Shown here one piece after another: positions 25,439 to 33,995 of a DNA stretch of 64,000 bases. The translations under genes and the position numbers were made by a program. The notes under the pieces were generated by a model. The model worked only from the letters and a program-made list of their open reading frames with translations. It did no database searches and was not told the DNA's origin. The stretch is taken from positions 3,648 to 67,647 of the forward strand of contig OZ253947.1 in assembly GCA_965267345.1 (NCBI GenBank), in the 5' to 3' direction. Every line of letters begins with the position of its first letter. Position 1 is the stretch's first letter. This stretch comes from Minisyncoccota bacterium. Its GTDB lineage: Bacteria; Patescibacteriota; Minisyncoccia; Phycocordibacterales; UBA2100.

Positions 25439-27184
25439 GTGTACATTAATGACGAACAACTCCGTGAATTTCTGACCGACTCCGGACTCGTGTCGCAGAA
25501 GACGTTTGACGCTCGCGCCAAAGATGCACAGAAGCGCGACGTACCCGTCGGCGATGTACTGATCTCCGAGGGCGAACTCTCTGAAGACGACCTGCGACGC
25601 TCATACGCGTACATCCTCGGCATTCCGTTCGTTGATCTGACGGATGCGTCAGTTGATCTTAATACATTGGCACTGATTCCGGAGCCGATTGCCCGTCGCA
25701 ACAACATTGTTGCCTTTAAGCAGGAGGGGAACGAGCTGGAAGTGGCGATGCTCGACACCGACGACTTGGCGGCGATTGACTTCGTCAAGAAGAAAACGCA
25801 GCTGAAAATTTTGCCGCGGCTCACTGACGCCGGATCAATTAAGCACGTACTGCGTCAGTACCAGAAGTCGCTGAAAGACGAACTCGGTGACATTATTGCG
25901 CGTGAGTCGGAAACCTTTGAAAAGTTCGGTGAGGTACAGGTTGAAAATGAGAAAGATTTGCGCCAGCTCGCCGAAGGTATTCCTGCCGTGCGCGTGCTCG
26001 ACTCGCTACTGCGCCATGCAATCGTGCAAAATGCCAGTGACATCCACATTGAGCCACGCGAAAACGCACTGCTCGTTCGCTACCGTATCGACGGTATTTT
26101 GCACGACGCGATGTCACTGCCGAAAACAGCGGCCGCCTCAATTACTGCGCGAGTAAAAGTGCTCGCCAACTTGCGTCTCGATGAAAAACGCCTGCCGCAA
26201 GACGGACGCTTTCGCATGGAAACCGATGGCGATCGCGTGTCGTTCCGCGTCTCGGTGCTTCCAACCTACCACGGGGAAAAAACGGTGATGCGCCTGTTGC
26301 GCGAAGATGTCTCGGGCTTTACGCTCGAGAGCCTCGGCTTTCACGGTGACGGACTCGAGCGTGCCCACAGCGCGACGCGTAAAAAAACCGGTCTGATTCT
26401 GGTGACCGGTCCGACGGGTTCGGGTAAGTCGACCACGCTGTACACGATGCTCGATATTTTAAATACGCCCGACGTGAACATTTCAACCGTTGAAGATCCG
26501 ATCGAGTATCAGATGCCGCGTATTAATCAGACACAGGTACGCCCCGATATCGGTTTTTCATTTGCTACCGGCTTGCGCAGTCTCGTGCGTCAGGACCCCG
26601 ACATCATCATGGTGGGTGAGATTCGTGACCGCGAAACGGCGAGCTTGGCCATTAACGCCGCGCTCACCGGCCACTTGGTGCTCTCGACGCTGCACACCAA
26701 CTCGGCTGCTGGCGCCGTGCCGCGCTTGCTGGACATGGGCGTTGAGCCATTCTTGCTTGCCTCGACGCTGCAGGTCGTGATTGGGCAGCGTCTCGTACGT
26801 ACGCTCTGCAGCACGCGCGAGGAGTACCAACTCTCAACCTCTGAAGTGAATGGGCTTGAAAAACTGGCTGATCTCGGTGCAATTTTGCGCGCACTGAAAG
26901 AAGAGAATGCAGCACCAAAGAATGCAACATGGAAAACTTTGACGCTCGCCCGCGAAAAGGTAAGCAAGGAGTGCGAAACAGGATTCAGCGGCCGCCGCGG
27001 TATTCAGGAAATCCTGCCGGTATCGGAAGATATCAAGGAGCTTATTCTCAAGGGCGGTACCGCCGATGACATTGAAGATGCCGCACGCAAAGAGGGAATG
27101 CTCACCATGCTCGAAGACGGTATTTTCAAAAGCGCGACGGGCGTCACCAGTGTTGAAGAGGTACTCCGTGTAGTAAGCGAGTAA
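25439..27184 (+). CDS. pilB: type IV pilus assembly ATPase PilB / GspE-family
   Basis: GTG start; N-terminal GSPII_N-like domain; Walker A VTGPTGSGKSTTLYTML; Asp and His boxes; CxxC tetracysteine region. Confidence 0.9.
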   Translation: MYINDEQLREFLTDSGLVSQKTFDARAKDAQKRDVPVGDVLISEGELSEDDLRRSYAYILGIPFVDLTDASVDLNTLALIPEPIARRNNIVAFKQEGNELEVAMLDTDDLAAIDFVKKKTQLKILPRLTDAGSIKHVLRQYQKSLKDELGDIIARESETFEKFGEVQVENEKDLRQLAEGIPAVRVLDSLLRHAIVQNASDIHIEPRENALLVRYRIDGILHDAMSLPKTAAASITARVKVLANLRLDEKRLPQDGRFRMETDGDRVSFRVSVLPTYHGEKTVMRLLREDVSGFTLESLGFHGDGLERAHSATRKKTGLILVTGPTGSGKSTTLYTMLDILNTPDVNISTVEDPIEYQMPRINQTQVRPDIGFSFATGLRSLVRQDPDIIMVGEIRDRETASLAINAALTGHLVLSTLHTNSAAGAVPRLLDMGVEPFLLASTLQVVIGQRLVRTLCSTREEYQLSTSEVNGLEKLADLGAILRALKEENAAPKNATWKTLTLAREKVSKECETGFSGRRGIQEILPVSEDIKELILKGGTADDIEDAARKEGMLTMLEDGIFKSATGVTSVEEVLRVVSE

Positions 27185-27189
27185 GGGGT

Positions 27190-28401
27190 ATGGCCAAGTT
27201 TTCTTATAAAGCAACGCGCGACGGTGAAACGTATACGGGAACTGTCGAGGCTGACGACCGTTTTGTCGTGTATCGTCACGTACGTGCCGAAGGCGCGACG
27301 CTTATTTCTGTTGAAGTTGCGGGGAAAGGGAAGTGGTCATTTTCATACTGGAATGCGAAGCTCTCGAGTGTTAAGCAGCACGACAAAATTGTCTTTGCCA
27401 ACAACATGGCGGCCATGATGGCCGCCGGTTTGCCGATTACGCGGGCGCTGTCGGTATCTGAGCGTCAGGCAAAAAATCCGAAACTCAAACACATACTGCT
27501 CACCGTGCGCGCTGACATCCAGCGGGGTGGTACGTTCCACGATGCGCTCGCGCAGTTTCCGTCGGTCTTCTCAAAGTTGTTTGTGGCGATGGTGCGCGCG
27601 GGTGAAGAGGCGGGGACGCTGAATGAATCGCTCGAAAATATTGCCGACCAGCTTACGAGCTCGTATGAATTGAAGAAGAAAATTAAAGGTGCGCTTATCT
27701 ACCCGACGATTATCGTGGTGGCCATTATCGGTATTGGCTTTTTGATGATGACCGAGGTGGTTCCGACACTCTCAGACACCTTTACCGAACTCGGTGCAGA
27801 GCTGCCACGCTCAACGCAGGCCATTATTACCGTGAGTGACTGGCTCGTAAACTACACTGCACTCGTACTCTTGGGGGCGCTTGCGCTTGTTGGTAGTGTT
27901 TATGCAGCACTGCGTACCACCGTGGGGCAGCGCGTGCGCGACAAAATACTGCTCATGACACCGCTCATCGGGGAACTGGTAAAAGAGATTAACGCGGCAC
28001 GTACCGCACGCACTTTTGCGTCGCTATTGGCAGCGGGCGTTGATATCATCAGTGCGTTGCAAATAACCGGAGAAGTCGTCCAAAATCACTATCATCGTGA
28101 TGTGCTCAAAGCAGCACAGGAAAATGTGAAGACGGGTGGCCAGTTGTCTGAGGTGTTTGTAAAGTATGAAAAGCTCTACCCGCCGTTGATGGGCGAGATG
28201 ATTGCCGTCGGTGAGGAGACGGGCGCACTCTCAAACATGCTTCTGCGTGTAGCCGACTTTTACGAAGACGAGGTGTCACAGAAAACCAAGAACATGTCGA
28301 CGATTATTGAGCCGTTCCTCATGATTTTGATCGGTGCCACCGTTGGCTTCTTCGCCATTTCAATGGTCGGCCCAATTTACTCACTCTCTGAGGCATTTTA
28401 A
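27190..28401 (+). CDS. pilC: type IV pilus inner-membrane platform protein PilC / GspF-family
   Basis: Two T2SSF repeats, three TM segments, conserved acidic loops. Confidence 0.9.
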   Translation: MAKFSYKATRDGETYTGTVEADDRFVVYRHVRAEGATLISVEVAGKGKWSFSYWNAKLSSVKQHDKIVFANNMAAMMAAGLPITRALSVSERQAKNPKLKHILLTVRADIQRGGTFHDALAQFPSVFSKLFVAMVRAGEEAGTLNESLENIADQLTSSYELKKKIKGALIYPTIIVVAIIGIGFLMMTEVVPTLSDTFTELGAELPRSTQAIITVSDWLVNYTALVLLGALALVGSVYAALRTTVGQRVRDKILLMTPLIGELVKEINAARTARTFASLLAAGVDIISALQITGEVVQNHYHRDVLKAAQENVKTGGQLSEVFVKYEKLYPPLMGEMIAVGEETGALSNMLLRVADFYEDEVSQKTKNMSTIIEPFLMILIGATVGFFAISMVGPIYSLSEAF

Positions 28402-28478
28402 TGATTGACGCTCGAGTGTCCGCAGGATAGTCTTCGCGCAGAACCTCTCCATGGTGGAGGGGAGCGCAGGAGGAAAAG

Positions 28479-28655
28479 ATGTCGAAGTTTTGGGGAGATG
28501 AGAATGGTGACGCACCTGTCCTTGAATACGGTCTGCTCGCAGCAGGTATTGCTGTTGCAATTATCCTTGGCCTGACGGCGCTCGATGAACACATCGGCTC
28601 TGTCCTACAGGATGCGGATGTGGCGACCTCTCTCGAAGAGTCGGTCGGCGACTGA
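28479..28655 (+). CDS. Flp/Fap-type pilin-like small protein (58 aa), not in supplied ORF track
   Basis: MSKFWGDENGDAPVLEYGLLAAGIAVAIILGLTALDEHIG... shows the Flp signature G-x(4-5)-EYGL(L/I)AA followed by a hydrophobic helix. Good SD (GGAGCGCAGGAGG). Strong terminator follows. Confidence 0.6.
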   Translation: MSKFWGDENGDAPVLEYGLLAAGIAVAIILGLTALDEHIGSVLQDADVATSLEESVGD

Positions 28656-28676
28656 CTCTTTTCGACTCTGTCTCGA

Positions 28677-28708
28677 CACCCCCGCACGCGACGCGTGCGG
28701 GGGTTTTG
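28677..28708 (+). terminator. rho-independent terminator after the Flp-like ORF
   Basis: CCCCCGCACGCG/ACGCGTGCGGGGG perfect stem followed by TTTTG. Confidence 0.7.
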
Positions 28709-28755
28709 CTGTGGACGCACCCTCGAGTGCGAGGGAAGTGCGCTACAATACGCCT

Positions 28756-29205
28756 ATGGACAGACGGGTTCTTTATGCACGCGGCATGGGACTTATCGAC
28801 GTCGTTGTCGGTACGGCGCTTATGCTCGTTATCTTCCTTGCACTGTTTGGTATGCTGCAATTGGGAACACGGCTTGCCAGCGACAATAAAGCGCGCACTG
28901 CTGCACTCACCCTCTCGCTTGAGCGCATTGAATACATCCGCAGTCTCGACTATGTAGACGTCGGGATCTCAGGCGGCGATCCGTCGGGGAGTCTTGCGAG
29001 CTCGGAGAGCATCACGCTCAACGGCATTGCCTACACGCGCACCACGAGTGTTGTTTTTGTTGACGACGAAAAAGACGGCAGCGGTGGCAGCGACAGTGAT
29101 GGCGACCCTGATGACTACAAGCGCGTGAAGGTGACCGTGTCGTGGCAGGGCAGTGCCGGTGCGCGCGACACTGCCGTAGTAAGCGATATCGCACCACTCC
29201 AGTAG
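28756..29205 (+). CDS. pilin-like / pseudopilin-like membrane protein (hypothetical)
   Basis: N-terminus MDRRVLYARGMGLIDVVVGTALMLVIFLALFGML resembles a prepilin leader plus hydrophobic helix, but with Asp at +5 instead of Glu. Start moved to Met 28756. Confidence 0.4.
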   Translation: MDRRVLYARGMGLIDVVVGTALMLVIFLALFGMLQLGTRLASDNKARTAALTLSLERIEYIRSLDYVDVGISGGDPSGSLASSESITLNGIAYTRTTSVVFVDDEKDGSGGSDSDGDPDDYKRVKVTVSWQGSAGARDTAVVSDIAPLQ

Positions 29206-29206
29206 T

Positions 29207-29803
29207 ATGACGACACCAGCACACACAGCGCGCGGTTTTTCACTTCTCGAGATGCTCGTGGTCATCGCCATTACCGCGTCGGTCGTGGTGGCGCTCATCG
29301 TTGCCATTCAGTATGTGTATCGCGGGCAGCGATTTGTCTTTGAGCAGGCTGACGCAACGCGCAGCGCGCGCATCGGTATTGAGCGGGCAGTCGCTGACAT
29401 GCGTGAAGCCTCGTATGCTGACAACGGTGCGTATCCGATTGTGGCAATGAGCACGAGCACCATGACCTTTTACAGTGACATCGATGACGATTCGTCATTC
29501 GAGCGCGTGCGCTACTTTCTTAGCGACAAGGTGCTCTACCAAGGAGTGGTTGACGCCGCCGGCACGCCGCCAACATACGACGGAAGTGAAACCACTACGG
29601 CGCTCGCGACCGATGTGCGCAACGATGCACTGAGTGTGCCACTCTTTACCTACTACGATGCTGATGGCAATGCACTCAGCGACCTTGCTGATCTTGATGC
29701 CGTTGCGTTTGTGCTGGTGCGGTTAGTCGTGAACCTTGAGCCATCGCGTGCGCCGAATGATTTTGAACTGCGTGCGAGCGCAACCCTTCGTAATATTGAG
29801 TAG
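29207..29803 (+). CDS. type IV pilin-like protein with canonical prepilin N-terminus
   Basis: MTTPAHTARGFSLLEMLVVIAITASVVVALIVAI has G|FSLLE (Glu+5) and a hydrophobic helix. Confidence 0.65.
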   Translation: MTTPAHTARGFSLLEMLVVIAITASVVVALIVAIQYVYRGQRFVFEQADATRSARIGIERAVADMREASYADNGAYPIVAMSTSTMTFYSDIDDDSSFERVRYFLSDKVLYQGVVDAAGTPPTYDGSETTTALATDVRNDALSVPLFTYYDADGNALSDLADLDAVAFVLVRLVVNLEPSRAPNDFELRASATLRNIE

Positions 29804-29805
29804 GT

Positions 29806-31242
29806 ATGTGGTATTGCTCAACACAGCGCAACACACACATCTCCGACCAAGCGGGTATTACGATCGTGCTCGTCCTGATTTTTGCCGGCGTGTTTGGTTT
29901 GTCGGTTGCGGCGATGATGAGCTTAATATTTGCGCAAACCAAACTCGCCCAGAGCAAGGAGGTGCGCGAAGTGGCCTTTGGTGTTGCCGAGGCCGGTCTT
30001 GAGTATTACCACTGGTTTTTAATTGATAATCCGAATGACACACAGAACGGCACCGGCGCCGACGGCCCCTACGAACGTGACGTAACCGACCCTGATACCG
30101 CAGAGACGATCGGCACCTATTCACTTACCACTGATCCGCACATGGCCTGCGGGCAGGTGCAGTGGATCGACATTACCTCGGTGGGCACAGCGGCTGCTGA
30201 TACGCGTTTTCCGCGCACGGTCCTCGGACGGCATACGCAGCCGACGGTCGCCGAGTACTCATACATCGTCGGCGATGACGTCTGGGCCGGTCCCGACCGA
30301 GAGATTGTCGGGCCGTATCATGCCAATGGCGGTATTCGTATGGACGGTACACACAATGCGCAAGTCACCAGTGGCGTCTCCTCGTGGAGTTGCGACAGTA
30401 CGTTCGGGTGCAGTCCGACGCAGACACAAAACGGTATTTTCGGTGCCGGTGGTACGCCTGAGTTGTGGCAGTACCCAACTGACACGATCAGCTTTGATGA
30501 CATGGCCGCAAGTTTTGATGATCTCAAAGGGTACGCCCAAGCCGACGGCGTGTACCTCGAGCCGTATGGCACGACGGTGACGAACTACTCGGGCTATCCG
30601 GCGATGGTTGACGGCTATCACCTTGTATTTAACAGCGACGGCACAGTTGATATTTATGAGGTGACCGACACAACAGGGTACTGGGGGTGGCATCGCGACG
30701 CCGGCTATCTGCCCGACTTTCACATTATTGATGCCGAGTCGTTTGTGGAGCGTCGCTCAATTCCATCGGACTGTGCACTTATTTTTGTTGAAGACAAGGT
30801 GTGGATCGAGGGAGTCGTCAACGGCAAAGTCACGGTCGTCGGTGCCGACTTGGTAAACGACTACAACCCCGATGTGATTTTGTACGACGACATTACGTAC
30901 GCCGACAGCGACGGCTCAGATGGCCTGACGGTGATTAGCGAGGGTGCGATTCTGATTCCGCCGCTCTCGCCCGACAGCTTAGAGCTCTCCGGTATCTTTG
31001 TGGCACAGGGGCGCTACTTCGGTCGTCCGTACTATGCAAATGATACAGCGAGCGACTTAACCATTCACGGGACGGTCGTTTCGAACGGTCGCGTGGGTAC
31101 GCAGTGGGATTGCAGCGGTTCGTTCTGTTCAGGCTACGAAACACGCACCAGCACGTACGATCGACTGCAGACGATCAGCCCGCCGCCGTTTACCCCGGCA
31201 CGTACCCCTGCCGCCGAGTACGTTTGGTGGCAGGAGCTGTAG
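29806..31242 (+). CDS. PilX-N-like minor pilin / pilus-associated large protein (hypothetical)
   Basis: N-terminus DQAGITIVLVLIFAGVFGLSVAAMMSLIFAQTKLAQSKEV resembles the PilX_N pattern, followed by a ~430-aa Gly/Asp/Thr-rich extracellular region. Confidence 0.45.
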   Translation: MWYCSTQRNTHISDQAGITIVLVLIFAGVFGLSVAAMMSLIFAQTKLAQSKEVREVAFGVAEAGLEYYHWFLIDNPNDTQNGTGADGPYERDVTDPDTAETIGTYSLTTDPHMACGQVQWIDITSVGTAAADTRFPRTVLGRHTQPTVAEYSYIVGDDVWAGPDREIVGPYHANGGIRMDGTHNAQVTSGVSSWSCDSTFGCSPTQTQNGIFGAGGTPELWQYPTDTISFDDMAASFDDLKGYAQADGVYLEPYGTTVTNYSGYPAMVDGYHLVFNSDGTVDIYEVTDTTGYWGWHRDAGYLPDFHIIDAESFVERRSIPSDCALIFVEDKVWIEGVVNGKVTVVGADLVNDYNPDVILYDDITYADSDGSDGLTVISEGAILIPPLSPDSLELSGIFVAQGRYFGRPYYANDTASDLTIHGTVVSNGRVGTQWDCSGSFCSGYETRTSTYDRLQTISPPPFTPARTPAAEYVWWQEL

Positions 31243-31285
31243 TGGTGAGTAGTCTCATGCGGGCAGAGAGGGTACAATACGCTGT

Positions 31286-32038
31286 ATGCAGCAACTCATT
31301 GTCTGTAATTGGAAAATGAATCCCGCCTCGCTGAAGGTGGCGCGCTCACTCTTTGACGGCACCAAGAAGCAGATTGCCAACCTCGACAAGGTGCACGTCA
31401 TTGTGGCGCCACCGGCGGTTTTTTTACCGGCACTCGCACAGAGCTATCGCGGCAAGCGCATCACCTTTGCTGCGCAGACCATTGCCAATGAGACCGACGG
31501 CTCATACACGGGGGAGCTCTCGGCAACACAGATGAAAGATGCAGGAGCGGCGCATACCATTATCGGGCATGCGGAGCGTCGCGTACTCGGCGAAACCGAC
31601 GCTGACATGCACGCCAAGGTGCACGAAGCACTGCGTCTGAAACTGAAAGTGATTCTTGCCGTTGGTGAGGCAGAGCGCGATGCGCATGGTGCCTACATCA
31701 CCACCATCAGGGAGCAAATCGCGACGGCACTTGCGGACGTGCCACCGACGCGACTGAAAGACATCACCATTGCATACGAGCCGGTGTGGGCTATTGGTGC
31801 CCTTGAAGCACCCGACGCGCATGCGGTGCACCAGATGATTTTGCTCGTACGCAAAATCCTCGTTGAGCAGTGCGGCGATAGAGGCGCGCGCATGCGCATT
31901 CTCTACGGTGGTGCCGTCAACGAAGACAACGCCGAGTCGATTTGTGCGGTACCCGACATCGGTGGCGTGCTGGTCGGTCGCGCGAGTTTGGAGCCGATGC
32001 GACTTAAGGGGATTATCCGTGCAGCCAACCATGCCTAG
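31286..32038 (+). CDS. tpiA: triosephosphate isomerase
   Basis: CNWKMN, IIGHAERR and AYEPVWAIG motifs. Confidence 0.9.
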   Translation: MQQLIVCNWKMNPASLKVARSLFDGTKKQIANLDKVHVIVAPPAVFLPALAQSYRGKRITFAAQTIANETDGSYTGELSATQMKDAGAAHTIIGHAERRVLGETDADMHAKVHEALRLKLKVILAVGEAERDAHGAYITTIREQIATALADVPPTRLKDITIAYEPVWAIGALEAPDAHAVHQMILLVRKILVEQCGDRGARMRILYGGAVNEDNAESICAVPDIGGVLVGRASLEPMRLKGIIRAANHA

Positions 32039-33143
32039 TATGTGGATCGACGAGGGCGTAGATGTGCGCGGGAAGGTAGTGCTCGTGCGTGCCGGGTTAA
32101 ACGTGCCGATGGACGGCGGGGCAATCATCAATGACTTTCGTATTCGCACGGCGTTGCCGACACTACAATTTTTACACGAACAGGGTGCGCGCGTTATCGT
32201 CACCGCCCACATCGGACGCGATGTGCACGACACGCTCGCGCCGGTTGCCGAGGCACTGGGGGAGCAGTTGCCGATTACGTTCTCGCACCTTGATGCAGTC
32301 GTGCCGGCAGACACTGCCGACGGTGAGATCGTACTCCTTGAAAACCTGCGCCAAGACGGCGGCGAAGTGGCAAATGACGACAGCTTCGCACAGCGTCTGG
32401 CGGGGCTCGCCGATATTTTTGTGCAGGATGCATTTTCAGTGTGCCACCGTGAGCACGCGAGTATCGTTGGCGTGCCGAACTATCTGCCGAGCTACGGGGG
32501 GCTGCGCCTGCGTGCGGAGATCAAAGCGCTGACGCGCGCGCGAACACCTGAAACGCCGGCACTGTGTATTTTAGGCGGCGCCAAATTTGAAACAAAAGAG
32601 CCACTCATCCGCGTCTTTTTAAATACGTACACGAAAGTCTTTATAGGTGGTGCATTACAAAATGAAGTCCTTGCCGCACGCGGATTCCCTGTCGGAGCGT
32701 CAAAGGTTGAAGACGGTAAAGTGCCCGAAGATTTGCTGACGCATGAAGCCCTGTATGCAGTATCAGATGTCGTGGTGCAGCATGCAGACGAGCGCGCGGA
32801 GACTGTTGCCATTGACGCTGTGGGCGCGGACGACATCATTGTTGATATCGGTCCCGCGAGCACACAGGCACTCATTGATGCACTACCGGAATTTAAAACG
32901 ATTCTCTGGAACGGTCCCTTTGGGTGGTATGAGAAAGGGTACGATGCGGCGACGGTTGCGCTTGCACGTGCTGTTGCCACAGCTGACGCTGAAACTATTA
33001 TCGGCGGCGGCGACACGGTTGCCGTCGTGCAACGGGAAGGACTCGAAGACGACTTTGACTTTATCTCAACCGGCGGCGGCGCGATGCTCACCTTTCTTGA
33101 AACAGGCACGCTGCCGGGTATTGACGCACTCACGCGGACGTAG
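32031..33143 (+). CDS. pgk: phosphoglycerate kinase
   Basis: Start at ATG 32031, overlapping the tpiA stop (alternative start 32040). KVVLVRAGLNVPM N-terminal motif; GGGA and GGGDT nucleotide-binding motifs near the C-terminus. Confidence 0.88.
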   Translation: MPSMWIDEGVDVRGKVVLVRAGLNVPMDGGAIINDFRIRTALPTLQFLHEQGARVIVTAHIGRDVHDTLAPVAEALGEQLPITFSHLDAVVPADTADGEIVLLENLRQDGGEVANDDSFAQRLAGLADIFVQDAFSVCHREHASIVGVPNYLPSYGGLRLRAEIKALTRARTPETPALCILGGAKFETKEPLIRVFLNTYTKVFIGGALQNEVLAARGFPVGASKVEDGKVPEDLLTHEALYAVSDVVVQHADERAETVAIDAVGADDIIVDIGPASTQALIDALPEFKTILWNGPFGWYEKGYDAATVALARAVATADAETIIGGGDTVAVVQREGLEDDFDFISTGGGAMLTFLETGTLPGIDALTRT

Positions 33144-33191
33144 TCCGCGATCTGCGATCTCTCGCAAGGCAACTCACTGCATTCGCCCATC

Positions 33192-33277
33192 TGTTTCGAT
33201 TAATCGAAACATTGGGGAGATTATGAATACATAACTGTGTAGACATACGCTCGGGGTGTCTCGATTAATCGAGACAC
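33192..33277. repeat. third locus of paired palindromes: TGTTTCGATTAATCGAAACA (33192-33211) and GTGTCTCGATTAATCGAGACAC (33256-33277)
   Basis: Identical cores to 13576-13668 and 16904-16980; order of the two types reversed. Sits in the 420-bp gene-free gap between pgk and the HIT gene. Confidence 0.6.
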
Positions 33278-33564
33278 CTGCTGTGTTTCGCACAGGTGCA
33301 CAGTAGTAATTGCATTGCGGGACGCTTTTGCGTATAACCATATACATGGAGTACGTTTTGTATGGTATTGTCATCGCAATTCTTTGGGGCGTTATTCGTT
33401 TCGTTCAAGGACACCCTTACGCGAAACCAGGGCGCGCTACACCCGACTGGGATGAATGACACCACCCTCGTTACTGCGTGGCGATCGCGCGCGGAGCGAG
33501 TAGAAACACACCCTCGGGCCACAGCAACGTGGCCCGAGGGTTTTCTTAACACTCGAGGTAATGC

Positions 33565-33972
33565 TTAGAGCCGATCGGTGATGGATGTTGCCATGTCGGC
33601 GAGTGCCTCCGAAGACGCTTCATGTTGTGGGAGTCCTTTAAGTCCATCGTCGGCGAAACGCGGCACGATGTGCACGTGTGCATGGTCGACGAGTTGCCCC
33701 GCTGATTTTCGATTATTCATGATGATGTTCACGCCGTCCGAGCCAGTAGCGGCTTTCGCGTGTGGTGCCAGCAGGTGCACGGTGCGCATCACCGCCACCC
33801 AGTCGTCTTCGGCAATATCGAATACGTCGAGAGCGTGCGTTTTCGGAATCACGAGCGTGTGACCGAGGTGTACGGGATTAATGTCTAAGAACGCGTACGT
33901 CTGGTCATCTTCGTACACACGATGTGATGGGATCTCGCCGTCACGAATTTTGCAAAACATGCAATCAGTCAT
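33565..33972 (-). CDS. HIT-family (histidine triad) nucleotide hydrolase
   Basis: HVHIVPRF histidine-triad motif, CMFCKI zinc-binding N-terminus; start at Met 33972. Confidence 0.8.
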   Translation of the reverse strand: MTDCMFCKIRDGEIPSHRVYEDDQTYAFLDINPVHLGHTLVIPKTHALDVFDIAEDDWVAVMRTVHLLAPHAKAATGSDGVNIIMNNRKSAGQLVDHAHVHIVPRFADDGLKGLPQHEASSEALADMATSITDRL

Positions 33973-33995
33973 GACTACCAGTATAATCCACAGCA

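Noticed and set aside
8441-33277. Possibility that the recurring palindromes are a CRISPR array
   Set aside because: There is no regularly spaced direct-repeat array. Copies are inverted or palindromic, kilobases apart, with no uniform spacers and no cas genes in the window.
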